Source of the DNA: Rhodanobacter sp.
GTDB lineage: Bacteria > Pseudomonadota > Gammaproteobacteria > Xanthomonadales > Rhodanobacteraceae
Assembly (NCBI GenBank): GCA_027307195.1
Contig: DAHUXL010000080.1
Span: 17,466 to 81,465, forward strand
Direction: 5' to 3'
DNA: 64,000 bases
Numbering within the stretch: the first letter of the stretch is position 1; the number at the start of each line of letters is the position of its first letter. The notes beneath the pieces are model-generated. The model was not told where the DNA came from, did no database searches, and saw only the letters and a program-made list of their open reading frames with translations. Shown one piece after another: positions 62,551-64,000 of the stretch. Both the position numbers and the translations under genes were made by a program.

Positions 62551-63783
62551 ATGCAAACCTCCTATCCCCGCCAAGACATCAAGGTGTTGCTGCTGGAGGG
62601 CGTCAGCGCCAGTGCGGTCGAGAACTTCAAGCGCGCCGGCTACAGCCAGGTCGAGCTGCACGCGAAATCGCTGCCGGAAACCGAGCTGAAGGCACGCATC
62701 GCCGACGCGCACATCGTCGGCATCCGCTCCCGCACCCAGCTCAGCGAGGATGTGCTGGCACAGGCCAAACGCCTGATCGCGGTCGGCTGCTTCTGCATCG
62801 GGACCAACCAGGTCGATCTGAATGCCGCGCGAAAACTAGGCGTGCCGGTGTTCAACGCGCCCTACTCCAACACGCGCAGCGTGGCCGAGCTGGTGATCGC
62901 CGAGGCGATCATGCTGTTGCGCGGAATCCCGCAGAAGAACGCGCTGTGCCACCGCGGCGGCTGGACCAAGTCCGCCGCCGGCAGTTACGAGACACGCGAC
63001 AAGGTGCTCGGCATCGTCGGCTATGGACACATCGGCACCCAGGTCGGCGTGCTGGCCGAGAGCCTGGGTATGCGGGTGATCTTCCACGACATCGAAACCA
63101 AGTTGTCGCTGGGCAATGCGCGCGCGGTTTCCAGCCTGGACGAGCTTCTCGAACGTGCCGATGTGGTCACCCTGCACGTACCGGAAACCCCCGCCACGCA
63201 GCTGATGATCCGGCGCGAGCAACTGGCGAAGATGCGCACCGGCGCGATGTTGATCAATGCCTCACGCGGGAGTGTGGTGGACATCGACGCCCTCGCCGCA
63301 GCACTGCGTGACGGCCATCTGGCCGGCGCTGCTGTGGATGTCTTCCCGCTCGAACCGAAAGGCAACGATGATGCCTTCGTCTCGCCCCTGATCGGCATGG
63401 ACAACGTGATCCTGACCCCGCACATCGGCGGCAGCACGCTGGAGGCACAGGACAATATTGGCATCGAGGTCGCCAGCAAGCTGATCCGCTACAGCGACAA
63501 CGGCTCGACGCTGTCGGCGGTGAACTTCCCCGAAGTGACCCTGCCCGAACATCCCAACAGCCGCCGCCTGCTTCACATCCACCGCAACGTGCCTGGCATG
63601 CTGTCGCGCGTCAACGAACTGTTCTCGGCCGGCAACATCAACATCGACGCGCAGTTCCTGCAGACCGACAGCGAAGTCGGTTACGTGGTGATCGATGTCA
63701 GTGCCGATGCACAGCAGGCCAATATCTTGAAGGACCAGCTGGCGGCGATTCCCGGCACCTTGCGCAGCCGCGTGCTGTACTGA
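62551..63783 (+). CDS. serA: D-3-phosphoglycerate dehydrogenase
   Basis: GCFCIGTNQVD, GYGHIG, TPHIGGST, C-terminal ACT domain HRNVPG. Confidence 0.96.
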   Translation: MQTSYPRQDIKVLLLEGVSASAVENFKRAGYSQVELHAKSLPETELKARIADAHIVGIRSRTQLSEDVLAQAKRLIAVGCFCIGTNQVDLNAARKLGVPVFNAPYSNTRSVAELVIAEAIMLLRGIPQKNALCHRGGWTKSAAGSYETRDKVLGIVGYGHIGTQVGVLAESLGMRVIFHDIETKLSLGNARAVSSLDELLERADVVTLHVPETPATQLMIRREQLAKMRTGAMLINASRGSVVDIDALAAALRDGHLAGAAVDVFPLEPKGNDDAFVSPLIGMDNVILTPHIGGSTLEAQDNIGIEVASKLIRYSDNGSTLSAVNFPEVTLPEHPNSRRLLHIHRNVPGMLSRVNELFSAGNINIDAQFLQTDSEVGYVVIDVSADAQQANILKDQLAAIPGTLRSRVLY

Positions 63784-63792
63784 GGATGAGAA

Positions 63793-63824
63793 CGAAAAAA
63801 GCGCCCCGCGGGGCGCTTTTTTCG
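63793..63824. terminator. Bidirectional terminator between serA and tRNA-Pro
   Basis: CGAAAAAAGCGCCCC-gc-GGGGCGCTTTTTTCG. Confidence 0.85.
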
Positions 63825-63840
63825 TATCCAGTTGCCGAAT

Positions 63841-63917
63841 TGGTCGGGGCGGCCGGATTTGAACCGACGACCCTCTGCCCCCCAGGCAGATGCGCTACCA
63901 GGCTGCGCTACGCCCCG
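63841..63917 (-). tRNA. tRNA-Pro (GGG)
   Basis: CGGGGCGTAGCGCAGCCTGGTAGC...TCTGC-CT-GGG-GG-GCAGA...GGTTCAAATCC...CCCCGACCA; 77 nt with encoded CCA. Confidence 0.97.
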
Positions 63918-64000
63918 ACTGTTCGGCAAGACCACTAGTCTAACAGCTCACCGGGCCATGCCGGAAGCCATGGATGAACGCGTTGATCTCAGCGACGCAG

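Noticed and set aside
63784-63917. Genomic island integrated at tRNA-Pro
   Set aside because: The tRNA 3' end abuts the serA terminator; no integrase or duplicated att sequence seen
63941-64000. Possible 3' end of a minus-strand CDS upstream of the tRNA (...[17 protein letters not shown] stop)
   Set aside because: Only about 19 codons visible; not enough to support a call

Overview
GC-rich chromosomal window with Xanthomonadales-type gene content; it is probably Rhodanobacteraceae (Rhodanobacter/Dyella-like), which is an inference. I found no IS, prophage, integrase or CRISPR array. Layout: (1) 1-3.1 kb, M1 aminopeptidase plus a coupled membrane protein. (2) 3.4-20.7 kb, a TctD/TctE-like two-component pair followed by an uncharacterised envelope-lipid cluster: TolC + DevBCA-like ABC exporter, esterase, ArnE/F-like pair, DegT aminotransferase, ArnT-like GT-C, arginase-fold hydrolase, FemAB-like GNAT, NodF/NodE-like ACP-KAS, class-III aminotransferase and HAD phosphatase. 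This is the best candidate for an undescribed system. (3) 20.9-30.4 kb, PAP2, a tripartite RND pump, a YncE-like propeller and a QseB/C-like pair, all preceded by a shared TAAG-N7-TAAG box. (4) 30.5-37.6 kb, peptidases, a Rieske ferredoxin and acyltransferases. (5) suf operon with an inserted lipoprotein, divergent from NtrC/sigma54-controlled glnK-amtB. (6) amgK-murU, queA-tgt-yajC-secDF, a DesK/DesR-ABC module, lat, psiF, upp, pip, D2HGDH/serA and tRNA-Pro(GGG). Family assignments come from motif reading and recalled sequences; no database searches were run. Start codons were re-picked by hand where the ORF track over-extends.
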